A DNA stretch of 53,624 bases, taken from an uncultured Candidatus Saccharibacteria bacterium (GTDB lineage: Bacteria; Patescibacteriota; Minisyncoccia; Phycocordibacterales; Phycocordibacteraceae). Location of the stretch: positions 6,796-60,419 of the forward strand of contig CAZFHH010000002.1 in the NCBI GenBank assembly GCA_964518755.1, read 5' to 3'. The notes under the pieces were generated by a model. It was given only the letters and a program-made list of their open reading frames with translations, ran no database searches and was not told the origin of the DNA. The position numbers and the translations under genes are program-made. This document shows positions 38,337 to 47,181 of this stretch, piece by piece; position 1 is the first letter of the stretch, and each line of letters opens with the position of its first letter.

Positions 38337-39866
38337 ATGAATGACCAACTGGTTTCTCATATAAAACAACGACTTGCGCAAAATATGCTTCACGATGATA
38401 TCGTGAAGGAGCTTCTTGTCGCCGGATGGAAGCAGGAGGATGTGGATGCAGCGTTTGGTATTGCGCAAGGAAGTCCGCAGTTCCCGTCGGTTGCGCCGGC
38501 GGCGCAACCGACGGGGGTGGCTGAACAGTCCGCCCAAACTCCAATTGTGCCTGACACAAACCCGGCTGAAACGTACTCGGCTCCAATCACCATGTCAGCG
38601 ACATCCACAGACACCGCAAGAACAGCAGACGGTGGCGCCTTCGGCGCCACCGTCTCCCCAAACAAGCTTCCCGGTGTTTTCGCCTTATTAAAAGGCGGTT
38701 TTGCTATTTACAAAGAGCGGCTGGGCGTGTTGGTCGGCATTGGAGCAATGCGGTTTTTGCTTTCGCTTTTCTTTGGTGGTCTGATTATTGGAAGTGTCGT
38801 ATTGGGCATAATCCTTCTTGTACACCCATCAGTGATAATTACATTTGTTTTTGCAATAATCACGCTTCTGATTGTGGCGGTGATGGTGTGGCTTTTATTT
38901 TGGATCACATTGGCTGGCATGCAAGCCATTCGTGGGCACAAAGAAGAAGTCACTTTTGTCACGGCGTTTGGTAGCGCCCGTTCGCTCGTGTGGTCTTTCT
39001 TGTGGCTTTCAATTATTGTAGTACTTGTAAGCTCGGGAGGTATATTTATTTTTTCCATATTGCCGGGAGCACTGCTTGCGCTTCTGGGATTCCTCTCGCC
39101 CGTCGCGCTTATAATTCCAGGCATATACCTTGTGGTATCTCTTGCAATATTTGCATCATTATTTGGTACTTGGTTTATTTTTTCCGGGTGGGTATTTTTG
39201 ACGGAGTCACTGCGCGGTATCCATGCACTTATGGCAAGCAGGGAACTGGTGCGTGGTCGTTTCTGGAAAATATATGGGCGTGCGTGGGGAATATTTTTCG
39301 TTATCGGATTTGGCATGTGGGTATTCAAATTTGTGTTTACACTTATTTTGTTTTTTATTCCGATGGTATCAGGTATTGTGGTAATGATTGCGAGTATGTT
39401 ATTTTTCATGCCATTCGCACTCGCAACAGTATATTTCCTATATGAAAATGTGCGTTTGCAGGTGCCTGTTATTCCAGAATCTCCACCAAAAGTACACAAA
39501 GCATTCGTACCGTATGCCATAGTTGGTGTCGTAGCGGTTATTGCATTCTTAATGTTACCGCCGATTATTTCAAGCTCACTTCATCATGCACGACAGATAG
39601 GGAACGACGGCACAATCAAGAGTGATGTGTCCACAATGCAACTGCAACTGGAGATTGATGGAGGGGTCGCTCCCGGTACTTATCCGGTATCACTTACTAA
39701 AGCTGCACAAGCCGACCCGACCATTGCCATACTACTGAAACATTTGCAAGAGAGTGGTGCACACTACACCTATCAAAGCACGGGAAGCACCTATACTTTT
39801 TGCGCGACACTTAGCACCGGCTCACAATTTTGTGCTAATTCATCCGGGAAAACTTTTACAAAATAG
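38337..39866 (+). CDS. multi-pass membrane protein with C-terminal pilin-like domain
   Basis: About 7 TMs; SSLHHARQIGNDGTIKSDV..YP..YTFCATL..FC resembles a pilin head; palindromes at 38483-38515 and 38627-38655 in the linker. Confidence 0.8.
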   Translation: MNDQLVSHIKQRLAQNMLHDDIVKELLVAGWKQEDVDAAFGIAQGSPQFPSVAPAAQPTGVAEQSAQTPIVPDTNPAETYSAPITMSATSTDTARTADGGAFGATVSPNKLPGVFALLKGGFAIYKERLGVLVGIGAMRFLLSLFFGGLIIGSVVLGIILLVHPSVIITFVFAIITLLIVAVMVWLLFWITLAGMQAIRGHKEEVTFVTAFGSARSLVWSFLWLSIIVVLVSSGGIFIFSILPGALLALLGFLSPVALIIPGIYLVVSLAIFASLFGTWFIFSGWVFLTESLRGIHALMASRELVRGRFWKIYGRAWGIFFVIGFGMWVFKFVFTLILFFIPMVSGIVVMIASMLFFMPFALATVYFLYENVRLQVPVIPESPPKVHKAFVPYAIVGVVAVIAFLMLPPIISSSLHHARQIGNDGTIKSDVSTMQLQLEIDGGVAPGTYPVSLTKAAQADPTIAILLKHLQESGAHYTYQSTGSTYTFCATLSTGSQFCANSSGKTFTK

Positions 39867-39878
39867 AAATATGAAGAA

Positions 39879-40685
39879 ATGCCAATCATACTGTATTTAG
39901 CACTTACAATTTTTTCAGCTTTGTGGGTTCGCAAAGATGCAAAAAACTTTAGAAGGATGGGTGTTGATGTAAACCCTGCCGTTTGGTCAACCCTTGTTTT
40001 TCTTTTTTGGATTATTGCGTTTCCTCTGTATTTGGTTTTGAGATTTTCAAAATATAAAAAATTGGTAGAGAGTGGCAATCCGCCACTCGCGCCTGTGTCA
40101 AAAGTTCATAATTGGTGGATAGTAATAATATTGATAGGCATTCCTTTTGCTATCATATTATTTTTTCTTTTACAGTCACTCATAATTGCAGGCGAAAGAG
40201 CTCATAATGTGGGAGTGAGTACTCAGACTACCGTTTCAAATCCTTCAACCTTAAAGACCTATACAAACACCAGGTATGGTTTTTCATTTCAGTATCCGGC
40301 AGGCTTGAGTGTTGTGCAAATCAACCCGGCGTCTTATGGAGATAGAAAGGCACTGGAAATGTTTAAGGTATATGATGCACAATACACAGCGCCCAAGGGC
40401 GCCGTGGGGCAAACAGTGCGTGCTCAATTACGAAAAGTACAATTTACCGTGTATCCATACTCAAGCAAACTTTTTGACTCTTTGCAAAATGAATATAAGG
40501 ATGCGTCACGTGGCGTGCATATCGCAAACCACACCATTACCATGGATACCTATAAGCCGATTAGCGGGCTCATAGGACCATACTTTGAGGCGATTTTTCA
40601 TAATAATGCCTATATAATCATGGTATCCTCTGTTGACCATGATGAACTTGCGACACAGATTCTCCACGCGTTTCGTTTTGAGTGA
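39879..40685 (+). CDS. membrane protein with C-terminal PsbP-like domain
   Basis: Three TMs; KTYTNTRYGFSFQYP ... QILHAFRF pattern. Confidence 0.8.
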   Translation: MPIILYLALTIFSALWVRKDAKNFRRMGVDVNPAVWSTLVFLFWIIAFPLYLVLRFSKYKKLVESGNPPLAPVSKVHNWWIVIILIGIPFAIILFFLLQSLIIAGERAHNVGVSTQTTVSNPSTLKTYTNTRYGFSFQYPAGLSVVQINPASYGDRKALEMFKVYDAQYTAPKGAVGQTVRAQLRKVQFTVYPYSSKLFDSLQNEYKDASRGVHIANHTITMDTYKPISGLIGPYFEAIFHNNAYIIMVSSVDHDELATQILHAFRFE

Positions 40686-40690
40686 GAAGT
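40563..40690 (+). repeat. 128-bp direct repeat, copy 1 (3' end of gene 39879)
   Basis: 127/128 identical to 41904-42031. Confidence 0.97.
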
Positions 40691-40709
40691 CGCAATGCCT
40701 TTAGCCACT

Positions 40710-40750
40710 CAGTCCCGCGCGAGTTTGCTCTGCAAACTCGCGCGGGACTG
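40710..40750. repeat. perfect palindrome, 19-bp arms
   Basis: CAGTCCCGCGCGAGTTTGC-TCT-GCAAACTCGCGCGGGACTG. Confidence 0.93.
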
Positions 40751-40877
40751 TTAGCCCTCCCATGTACCCTTTACCTCAGCTTATATTTTGGTAGTATTAG
40801 GTGAATAGCAGTTATCCACATCTCATGTCGTTAAATAAATACCCATGTGATATTTTTTGTATAATTAAATAAAGAAT

Positions 40878-41375
40878 ATGACCACCGAAGATAAAATTAT
40901 TACCGTTGCTAAATACTTTGTGATGAAGAGTCAGAAGGAATTTCTCGTTGACCCATCTAAGACTCTCACACCACTTAAGTTACAAAAGGTTTTGTATTAT
41001 GCGAAAGTATGGAATCTTATTTTTAATAAGGGAGAAAAGTTATTTCCTGATGATTTTCAGGCTTGGATACATGGTCCTGCCAACCCTAAGGTATGGGAGT
41101 ATTTTAGAGATTTTGATTTTGCTAAACCTCACCCGGAAATAGAATCACAGAAGTTTGAAAATATTAACGATGCTGAAAAAGAGATATTGGATATGGTCTG
41201 GAGTGTATATGGTAAATTTGACGGCAAGTATCTAGAAATGTTAACTCATTCGGAAGAACCTTGGCTAAGAGCGAGGGGGGAACTAAATACTTCTGTCCCA
41301 TCACAAAATACCATTACTGATGAATCTATTGTGTCCTACTATGAACAGCGAATCAAAGAAGAGGAACCAGCTTAA
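40878..41375 (+). CDS. Panacea (DUF4065, SocA/GepA-like) antitoxin
   Basis: LTPLKLQKVLYYA, FQAWIHGP, LTHSEEPW. Confidence 0.93.
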   Translation: MTTEDKIITVAKYFVMKSQKEFLVDPSKTLTPLKLQKVLYYAKVWNLIFNKGEKLFPDDFQAWIHGPANPKVWEYFRDFDFAKPHPEIESQKFENINDAEKEILDMVWSVYGKFDGKYLEMLTHSEEPWLRARGELNTSVPSQNTITDESIVSYYEQRIKEEEPA

Positions 41376-41820
41376 AAAAGATATTGTTGGTAAGGTACAG
41401 ACAGCCAAAATTGAAACAATTGAAAAAATAGCGAAAATATTAAAATCTCCCAATGAGTGGAAGATTGTTGAAAAGATCACAACTCTACCGGCAGGGAAAA
41501 ATATAGAAACACAAAAATTCATACTTTGTTTTGAGTATCTGAATTGGAACCAATGCCATTTTACTCAATTTGATCAAGCAAAAGGTAAAAAATTAGTTGA
41601 GATATTAGAAAAAGTAACTAAATGTGAAATAAATAAATTCCCTGAACTGAAGTTAGTTAGGGATAGTGTAAAACGCATGGTGCCGTATGATTCGCTGTTT
41701 ATAAATTTAACACCTGACGTAACTGAGCTAAAGGAAACTGAGTTGTGCGGGGGCAGGGTATTTTTTTACATTACTGAACCAAAATTTAATATAGTTTCTA
41801 TTGAAACGAAACACAGGTAG
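41341..41820 (+). CDS. putative toxin paired with Panacea, possibly RelE-like fold
   Basis: Overlaps the antitoxin 3' end; C-terminal GRVFFYI..FNIVSIETKH beta-rich pattern. Confidence 0.65.
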   Translation: MNSESKKRNQLKKDIVGKVQTAKIETIEKIAKILKSPNEWKIVEKITTLPAGKNIETQKFILCFEYLNWNQCHFTQFDQAKGKKLVEILEKVTKCEINKFPELKLVRDSVKRMVPYDSLFINLTPDVTELKETELCGGRVFFYITEPKFNIVSIETKHR

Positions 41821-41903
41821 AATTTTCTACCTGGAATTTTACCACTGTGGAAGTCCGACTTCCACAGTCTCCACAATCTAACGACTTCCGCAGGATGCGG
41901 ATC

Positions 41904-42031
41904 AGCGGGCTCATAGGACCATACTTTGAGGCGATTTTTCATAATAATGCCTATATAATCATGGTATCCTCTGTTGACCATGATGAACTTGCGACACAGA
42001 TTCTCCACGCGTTTCGTTTTAAGTGAGAAGT
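41904..42031 (+). repeat. 128-bp direct repeat, copy 2 (orphan gene tail)
   Basis: Single difference G40680/A42021; preceded by hairpin ACTGTGGAAGTC-C-GACTTCCACAGT (41844-41868). Confidence 0.97.
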
Positions 42032-42043
42032 TTGAGAATTTTG

Positions 42044-42137
42044 ACTCACAATCACCGCGCAAGCTTGCTTGCGCGGTGATTGTGAGTTCCCGACCACAGT
42101 CCCTCCCGCGCGCTTTGCGCGCGGGAGGGACTGTGGT
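42044..42137. repeat. two tandem perfect palindromes with 21-bp arms (42044-42087, 42093-42137)
   Basis: Loops TT and TTT. Confidence 0.95.
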
Positions 42138-42152
42138 ATTGTGTTTGAGTAC

Positions 42153-42268
42153 GGACTGAAGACAGTAGGCACTCATAAGACCTACCGAGGGACGAAATGA
42201 GTTCCGCCTATGGCGTTGCTCAGGTCGAAGTCTCCATGCCAAAAGTCCCGTCAAGGGGCTTTTTTCGT
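42153..42268 (+). promoter_or_regulatory. ribosomal protein L10 leader
   Basis: GAAGACAGTAGG...CCTACCGAGG core upstream of rplJ, followed by a hairpin plus T-tract. Confidence 0.8.
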
Positions 42269-42286
42269 TCTCGTACTAAAATAATT

Positions 42287-42778
42287 ATGGCAATTAATAA
42301 AACAAAAAAACAGCAAATCATTCAAACACTCTCAGAGGCGCTTAAAGAAGCCAAGACGGTGGTATTTGCTCGTTTTTTCGGACTGTCGGTTTCCGAAACA
42401 TCTGCTATTCGTAAGGCATTGCGTGATGAGAATATCGGTTACTATGTCGCGAAGAAAACACTTATCGCACGTTCGTTAAATGAGCACGGCTATAAAGGTG
42501 AGCTCTCGGAACTTCCGGGGAAAATAGCGGTTGTATGGAGTGATGAGGATGAAATTGCTCCGGCGCGCGCGATAAGAGAGCAGGGCGCGAAAAAGAAAGA
42601 CACTCTTTTTATTGAGGGGGGTGTTTTTAATGGTGCGTATGTTGATGCGGCGTATATGCAATCGCTCTCAATTATTCCATCAATGCCAGTATTGCGTGGC
42701 ATGTTTGTTAATGTGATTAACTCTCCCATTGCGGGGTTGGTGATTGCACTTGACCAAATTCGTGCAGCAAAAGCGTAA
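42287..42778 (+). CDS. rplJ: 50S ribosomal protein L10
   Basis: GLSVSETSAIRKALR, VAKKTL; precedes rplL. Confidence 0.95.
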   Translation: MAINKTKKQQIIQTLSEALKEAKTVVFARFFGLSVSETSAIRKALRDENIGYYVAKKTLIARSLNEHGYKGELSELPGKIAVVWSDEDEIAPARAIREQGAKKKDTLFIEGGVFNGAYVDAAYMQSLSIIPSMPVLRGMFVNVINSPIAGLVIALDQIRAAKA

Positions 42779-42827
42779 GTGGTAGAAGAGAATACAAATT
42801 TATTTAACATTTATACATTACATTATT

Positions 42828-43367
42828 ATGTCTGATGAACCAAAAAAACAGGAGGATGCCGTTGAGGCGGAGGCCCCCAAGGAAGAGGTAAAAGAAGATC
42901 AAGCGCAAGCACCTTCAGAACCGGATACTTCCGACAAAAAACAAGAAGAAGCACCGAAGGAGGATTCCAAAGAAGATTCTTCCGAGGAAGTTGCAGTACC
43001 GAAACAATTCAAGAAGCTCGTAGAGGAAGTTGAAAATATGTCCGTACTTGAGCTTTCGGAATTGGTGAAGGTGTTGGAAAAGAAATTCGGTGTGTCGGCG
43101 GCGGCAGTTGCAGTGGCGGCACCCGGCGCCGGCTCCGCCGGCGGTGAAGAGGAAAAGAGTACGGTTACCGTTGAGCTATCCGATATGGGCGCAAATAAAA
43201 TTTCAGTTATCAAGGCGGTGAAAGAAGCACTCGCTCTTGGGCTGAAAGAAGCGAAAGATCTCGTAGATGGTATTCCTTCAGTCTTGAAAGAAGACATGAA
43301 GAAAGAAGATGCGGAAGAGCTGAAGGGAAAAATGGAGGCGGCAGGTGCGAAAGTCACTTTCAAGTAA
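42828..43367 (+). CDS. rplL: 50S ribosomal protein L7/L12 with acidic N-terminal extension
   Basis: [35 protein letters not shown]. Confidence 0.96.
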   Translation: MSDEPKKQEDAVEAEAPKEEVKEDQAQAPSEPDTSDKKQEEAPKEDSKEDSSEEVAVPKQFKKLVEEVENMSVLELSELVKVLEKKFGVSAAAVAVAAPGAGSAGGEEEKSTVTVELSDMGANKISVIKAVKEALALGLKEAKDLVDGIPSVLKEDMKKEDAEELKGKMEAAGAKVTFK

Positions 43368-43384
43368 GCAGGTTTGTGCAAAAT

Positions 43385-43425
43385 AAAATACCCCCGCGAC
43401 GGCTCCGCCGTCGCGGGGGTATTTT
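43385..43425. terminator. perfect palindrome, 19-bp arms, probable terminator
   Basis: AAAATACCCCCGCGACGGC-TCC-GCCGTCGCGGGGGTATTTT. Confidence 0.85.
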
Positions 43426-43484
43426 CTACAGTATTTTACGTATTTTGTAAAAGCCTTGGTTTCTGACGCCATAACTAGTACAAT

Positions 43485-44066
43485 ATGAAAATTATGCACA
43501 CACTTGCAAAATTGTTTAGCTCAGCCGCCCGGTTGAAATTACTGCGCCTATTCTTTTTCAATGAGAATACAGCATACACGACGCAAGAAATATCCTTTCG
43601 CACAAAGACAACTCCGCTGAACGTTCGCAAGGAGCTTGCCGTGCTTATTCATGCGCGTGTTATTCGCAGGCAGGGAAGCGGGCATGATGTAAAATATCGC
43701 CTTAACAAACAATATCAATACGTTGATGCACTTGCCGCATTTGTACGGGACACAACTGTGGTTGAGTCACGCGATATTCTTACGCTTTTACGTCGCACCG
43801 GCACCCTTCGCTTGGTGGTGCTCACCGGACTTTTCTCCGGCGCGGTTGAGCCGAAAATAGATTTATTGATTGTAGGAGATAAATTGGATGAGCGAATGCT
43901 TTCCACAATGATTCACACCATAGAGGCCGATTTGGGAAGAGAGATTCGTTACGCATCTTTTGCAACTCCTGATTTTCGTTATCGCTCCGGTGTCTATGAC
44001 AGGCTGTTGCGCGATGTGTTTGACTATTCTCACCGTATCATTCTTGACAAGATAGGGATGTCATAG
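43485..44066 (+). CDS. wHTH plus degenerate nucleotidyltransferase-like domain protein
   Basis: LFSSAARLKLLRLF HTH start; LTGLF..KIDLLIVGD. Confidence 0.75.
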   Translation: MKIMHTLAKLFSSAARLKLLRLFFFNENTAYTTQEISFRTKTTPLNVRKELAVLIHARVIRRQGSGHDVKYRLNKQYQYVDALAAFVRDTTVVESRDILTLLRRTGTLRLVVLTGLFSGAVEPKIDLLIVGDKLDERMLSTMIHTIEADLGREIRYASFATPDFRYRSGVYDRLLRDVFDYSHRIILDKIGMS

Positions 44067-44178
44067 TACAAGTATTTATCCACACATCCATCACAGCGTG
44101 GGTGTTTTTTTGCTACACTATATAAAGCTTGGTTGTTAGTACCGGCTTTATTAGAATAATTTATCCTTTATTGATATT

Positions 44179-44862
44179 ATGACATTTACTACATGGGCTG
44201 ATGTTTTGAACCAATCGTTTCAGAGCATGCTGTCCGGTTCGTTGCAATATATTCCAAACCTTATCGTTGCCATTATCATTTTCATTATTGGTTGGCTTAT
44301 CGGTGTCGGTGTTGGAAGAGTTGTTGCACAGATTATTGATGCACTTCGTTTTGATCAGGCATTGCGCGCTGCAGGGCTTGAGCGTGTTCTTGAGCGTGCC
44401 GGATTTAAACTTTCTTCCGGGAGATTTATAGGGCTTTTGGTGAAGTGGTTCTTTATTGTGGTCTTTTTGATTGCATCTCTTAACATTCTTCAGCTGACGC
44501 AGGTGAATATTTTCCTTCGTGAGGTGGTGTTGAGTTACTTGCCACAGGTTATCGTTGCCGTACTTATTTTGCTTGTTGCCGCTGTTCTTGCGGAGGCGGC
44601 ACATCGTGTAGTTGTGGGTTCCGCTCGCGCGGCACATCTCGTATCGGCAAATTTCCTCGGCGCGGTGGCGCGATGGTCTATTTGGGTGTTTGCAATTCTT
44701 GCGGCACTGCATCAACTGCAGGTTGCGCCGGGCTTTGTGCAGACATTGTTTACCGGTATTGTGGTTGCCATCTCCCTTGCCATCGGTTTGGCATTTGGGT
44801 TGGGCGGTCAGCAAGCGGCAGCACGATATATTGAACGTGTGCGTGAACAGATAAAAGAGTAG
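44179..44862 (+). CDS. TM-helix repeat (CmpX/MscS TM) membrane protein
   Basis: Repeated YIPNLIVAIII / YLPQVIVAVLI; GLAFGLGG. Confidence 0.88.
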   Translation: MTFTTWADVLNQSFQSMLSGSLQYIPNLIVAIIIFIIGWLIGVGVGRVVAQIIDALRFDQALRAAGLERVLERAGFKLSSGRFIGLLVKWFFIVVFLIASLNILQLTQVNIFLREVVLSYLPQVIVAVLILLVAAVLAEAAHRVVVGSARAAHLVSANFLGAVARWSIWVFAILAALHQLQVAPGFVQTLFTGIVVAISLAIGLAFGLGGQQAAARYIERVREQIKE

Positions 44863-44884
44863 TATAAAGAGTAGCGTTTGGTTT

Positions 44885-44922
44885 GAAACCCCCGCCCGCG
44901 CGACAGCGCGGGCGGGGGTTTC
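44885..44922. repeat. perfect palindrome, 17-bp arms
   Basis: GAAACCCCCGCCCGCGC-GACA-GCGCGGGCGGGGGTTTC. Confidence 0.92.
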
Positions 44923-45002
44923 TCCAACCTCTCTATTGACGAAACACTAAACTATGGGTAGTATTTATCTTGGGAAGAATCGGAAAAAGGAAAGGAATAG
45001 AG

Positions 45003-45242
45003 ATGAGAGAAAAAACAGCAGATTCAAAATTGGGATACCTACGGGATCCCAAAACGGCAGCAGATATTATTACTGCCGGAGGGATGGTGGATGGTGCCAT
45101 TTGCATCATCTGCCAAGAAAGATTTCGGTGTCCGGAAGCGTTTGGTCCGGACGCCAGTCTCTTTTGCCCAAGATATGCTTTGGACGAAGGAGACCCGGAA
45201 AGTATTGAGCACATCATAACAGATGTGCTCACACAAACATAA
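45003..45242 (+). CDS. small Cys-rich hypothetical protein
   Basis: CIIC..C..CPRY; purine-rich leader; TTGACG/TAGTAT promoter. Confidence 0.6.
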   Translation: MREKTADSKLGYLRDPKTAADIITAGGMVDGAICIICQERFRCPEAFGPDASLFCPRYALDEGDPESIEHIITDVLTQT

Positions 45243-45448
45243 AAAATAATCACAGAAGAATCGCAAAAAATAAAAAAAGCTCTTTCATCCACCGGCCCCG
45301 TAAGGACGGTGTTTTTTTACACTCACATTTCCGCACATCTTCGGTGTTTTTGGTGCCGGGTTCGTGAGATATTTTATGTGACTATTTTCTATTGACATTT
45401 TTTACGGAAGACATACCATTGTGTGCAGATGAATGGGAGGGCACGGCC

Positions 45449-45805
45449 ATGAGCAAGGAATGTTTGTGCATGGAAATTTTAGGAGTGGCGATGTCGGACA
45501 TGACCACCGCCACTAAAATCATTGCACGGGTGGAAGGAGCAACCCCAAAAGATATCACCCTCTGTCCTTTTTGTAAAAAAAGGGATGGTAGCGTGGTGTT
45601 CCCCGGGGGAAAGACGTGCCCAAGACAGCAGTGGGAACCCACACGCAAGGGGGAATGTTATGCATTCAAATTCTCCGGCGAGTGCGATATATCACTTGCT
45701 GAAGTTTTTGTAATAAATTGTACACATGAAAAGAAGAAAAATGGAAAGACTGGGGGAGGTATCGGTACGGGTGATGATACAAGTGATATTATCATCACTG
45801 TGTAG
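45449..45805 (+). CDS. small Cys-rich hypothetical protein
   Basis: GGGAGG SD; TTGACA-17-TACCAT promoter; CPFC..CPR..C. Confidence 0.62.
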   Translation: MSKECLCMEILGVAMSDMTTATKIIARVEGATPKDITLCPFCKKRDGSVVFPGGKTCPRQQWEPTRKGECYAFKFSGECDISLAEVFVINCTHEKKKNGKTGGGIGTGDDTSDIIITV

Positions 45806-45888
45806 CCCGAAAATAAGACTGAATATTCAGAAGCGCGCCACTAAAACGGCCGCTTTTCTTTTTTTGTTTGATGTGTTAAGGTGTTTCC

Positions 45889-46206
45889 ATGTCAGTACGA
45901 ATGCGCCATACGAAATCCCACACCCACAACCGTCGGTCTCATCATGCACTTTCTGCAACCCAAATAGTTGTTGATGCAAAAAGTGGAGCAAGACGTCTTC
46001 CTCATCGCTTGGACGAAACAACGGGCGAATATCGTGGCACACTCATAAAAGCTCCGCGAGTGAAAAAAGAGCGTACCAAGGCGGAAAAATATAGTCACCC
46101 GGGGACCAAGCAGGTTGCGCAAATAGAAGAGAAGGCGCCAAAGCTCAAAAAGCAGAGCGCTCATGAAAGCGGAACCGATATCACTCGCACTCGTCGCAGT
46201 GTGTAG
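45889..46206 (+). CDS. rpmF: 50S ribosomal protein L32, Cys-free, with C-terminal extension
   Basis: MSVRMRHTKSHTHNRRSHHAL..PHR..GEYRG. Confidence 0.88.
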   Translation: MSVRMRHTKSHTHNRRSHHALSATQIVVDAKSGARRLPHRLDETTGEYRGTLIKAPRVKKERTKAEKYSHPGTKQVAQIEEKAPKLKKQSAHESGTDITRTRRSV

Positions 46207-46229
46207 ATTTTATACGGGGTTGTTATCTG

Positions 46230-46266
46230 AAAATACAGGCGACTACGCAGTAGTCGCCTGTATTTT
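46230..46266. repeat. perfect palindrome, 17-bp arms
   Basis: AAAATACAGGCGACTAC-GCA-GTAGTCGCCTGTATTTT. Confidence 0.92.
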
Positions 46267-46327
46267 TAAACAGCGTCACTTGACTTACGGCGTGTAATAT
46301 ATTTAGATACATATCGGAACGGTCATT

Positions 46328-46924
46328 ATGTTAATGACTACAGAAGTCATAAAGGATATTGACATGGCAATGGAAAAAAATGTTGATGACCTGGCGGGAA
46401 ATAATTTAGAGCGCTGGGGTGTGGAGACCCCGGTCCTATCGTTGGCGCTCATCAAAGAGGTTTGTGTTTCCGGAATATTTCTCAACAGGAATTCTTTCAG
46501 AAGCACAAAAGAAATCCAAATACGACTGAAGGGATGTTTTCAAAAAGAATTCTTGTATAATCTTGGGGGTGGCGCCTATGTTCCGCCAACAACCTTGCGC
46601 GTGCACCAGATTATAAGGCGTGCCGATAACAGGGTTGTGCTGAGGGAGATGTCTCCTGAGCTTGCAGTAATCAGCCCGGCACATTTTTTGGGATATATAC
46701 AAATGCTCGCAGAACTTTTTGTATGTATCCCATATGGAAAATTTGACATTATTGCGTTTTCAATTGGTTCCGTACGTCGTACGGTCCTTATTATGAGAGC
46801 GAGGTTTGTTGAAGGAGGGTTTGATGTATTTGTTGAAGATGTGTATCGCTTCAACGAATGGGCGCCCGGTACGCAGATTGTTTCTCGGCGGCAGAAATTT
46901 GGCAGATTAAAAAGAAGGATGTAA
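46328..46924 (+). CDS. hypothetical protein
   Basis: 198-aa ORF between two palindromes; no family recognised. Confidence 0.6.
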   Translation: MLMTTEVIKDIDMAMEKNVDDLAGNNLERWGVETPVLSLALIKEVCVSGIFLNRNSFRSTKEIQIRLKGCFQKEFLYNLGGGAYVPPTTLRVHQIIRRADNRVVLREMSPELAVISPAHFLGYIQMLAELFVCIPYGKFDIIAFSIGSVRRTVLIMRARFVEGGFDVFVEDVYRFNEWAPGTQIVSRRQKFGRLKRRM

Positions 46925-46929
46925 ACGCG

Positions 46930-46964
46930 CCTGCCCGCGCGCACGTAATGTGCGCGCGGGCAGG
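46930..46964. repeat. palindrome, 15-bp arms
   Basis: CCTGCCCGCGCGCAC-GTAAT-GTGCGCGCGGGCAGG. Confidence 0.9.
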
Positions 46965-47181
46965 GAGGTGTGAGCGAATATTGACTTTTGTGTGTCTCTG
47001 GCTGGATAGATTTATAACACCCTAATGGCGACATGTGGGTGTTTTGTTTTATAGCCCCTCCCTGCGCGACGGAGGTGCCAGTGAGGGGCTATAAAAATCT
47101 CTGTACACATTTCCATATGTGCGCACTTGCATTTAATGGCATATGTAGTTATTCTAAAGGGGTAACAGCTCTTTTAAATAT

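Noticed and set aside
40563-42031. DGR template/variable repeat pair
   Set aside because: The layout fits (gene 3' end plus downstream copy, and the one mismatch is at an A), but a single difference in 128 bp is no evidence of adenine mutagenesis, and no reverse transcriptase is in the window.
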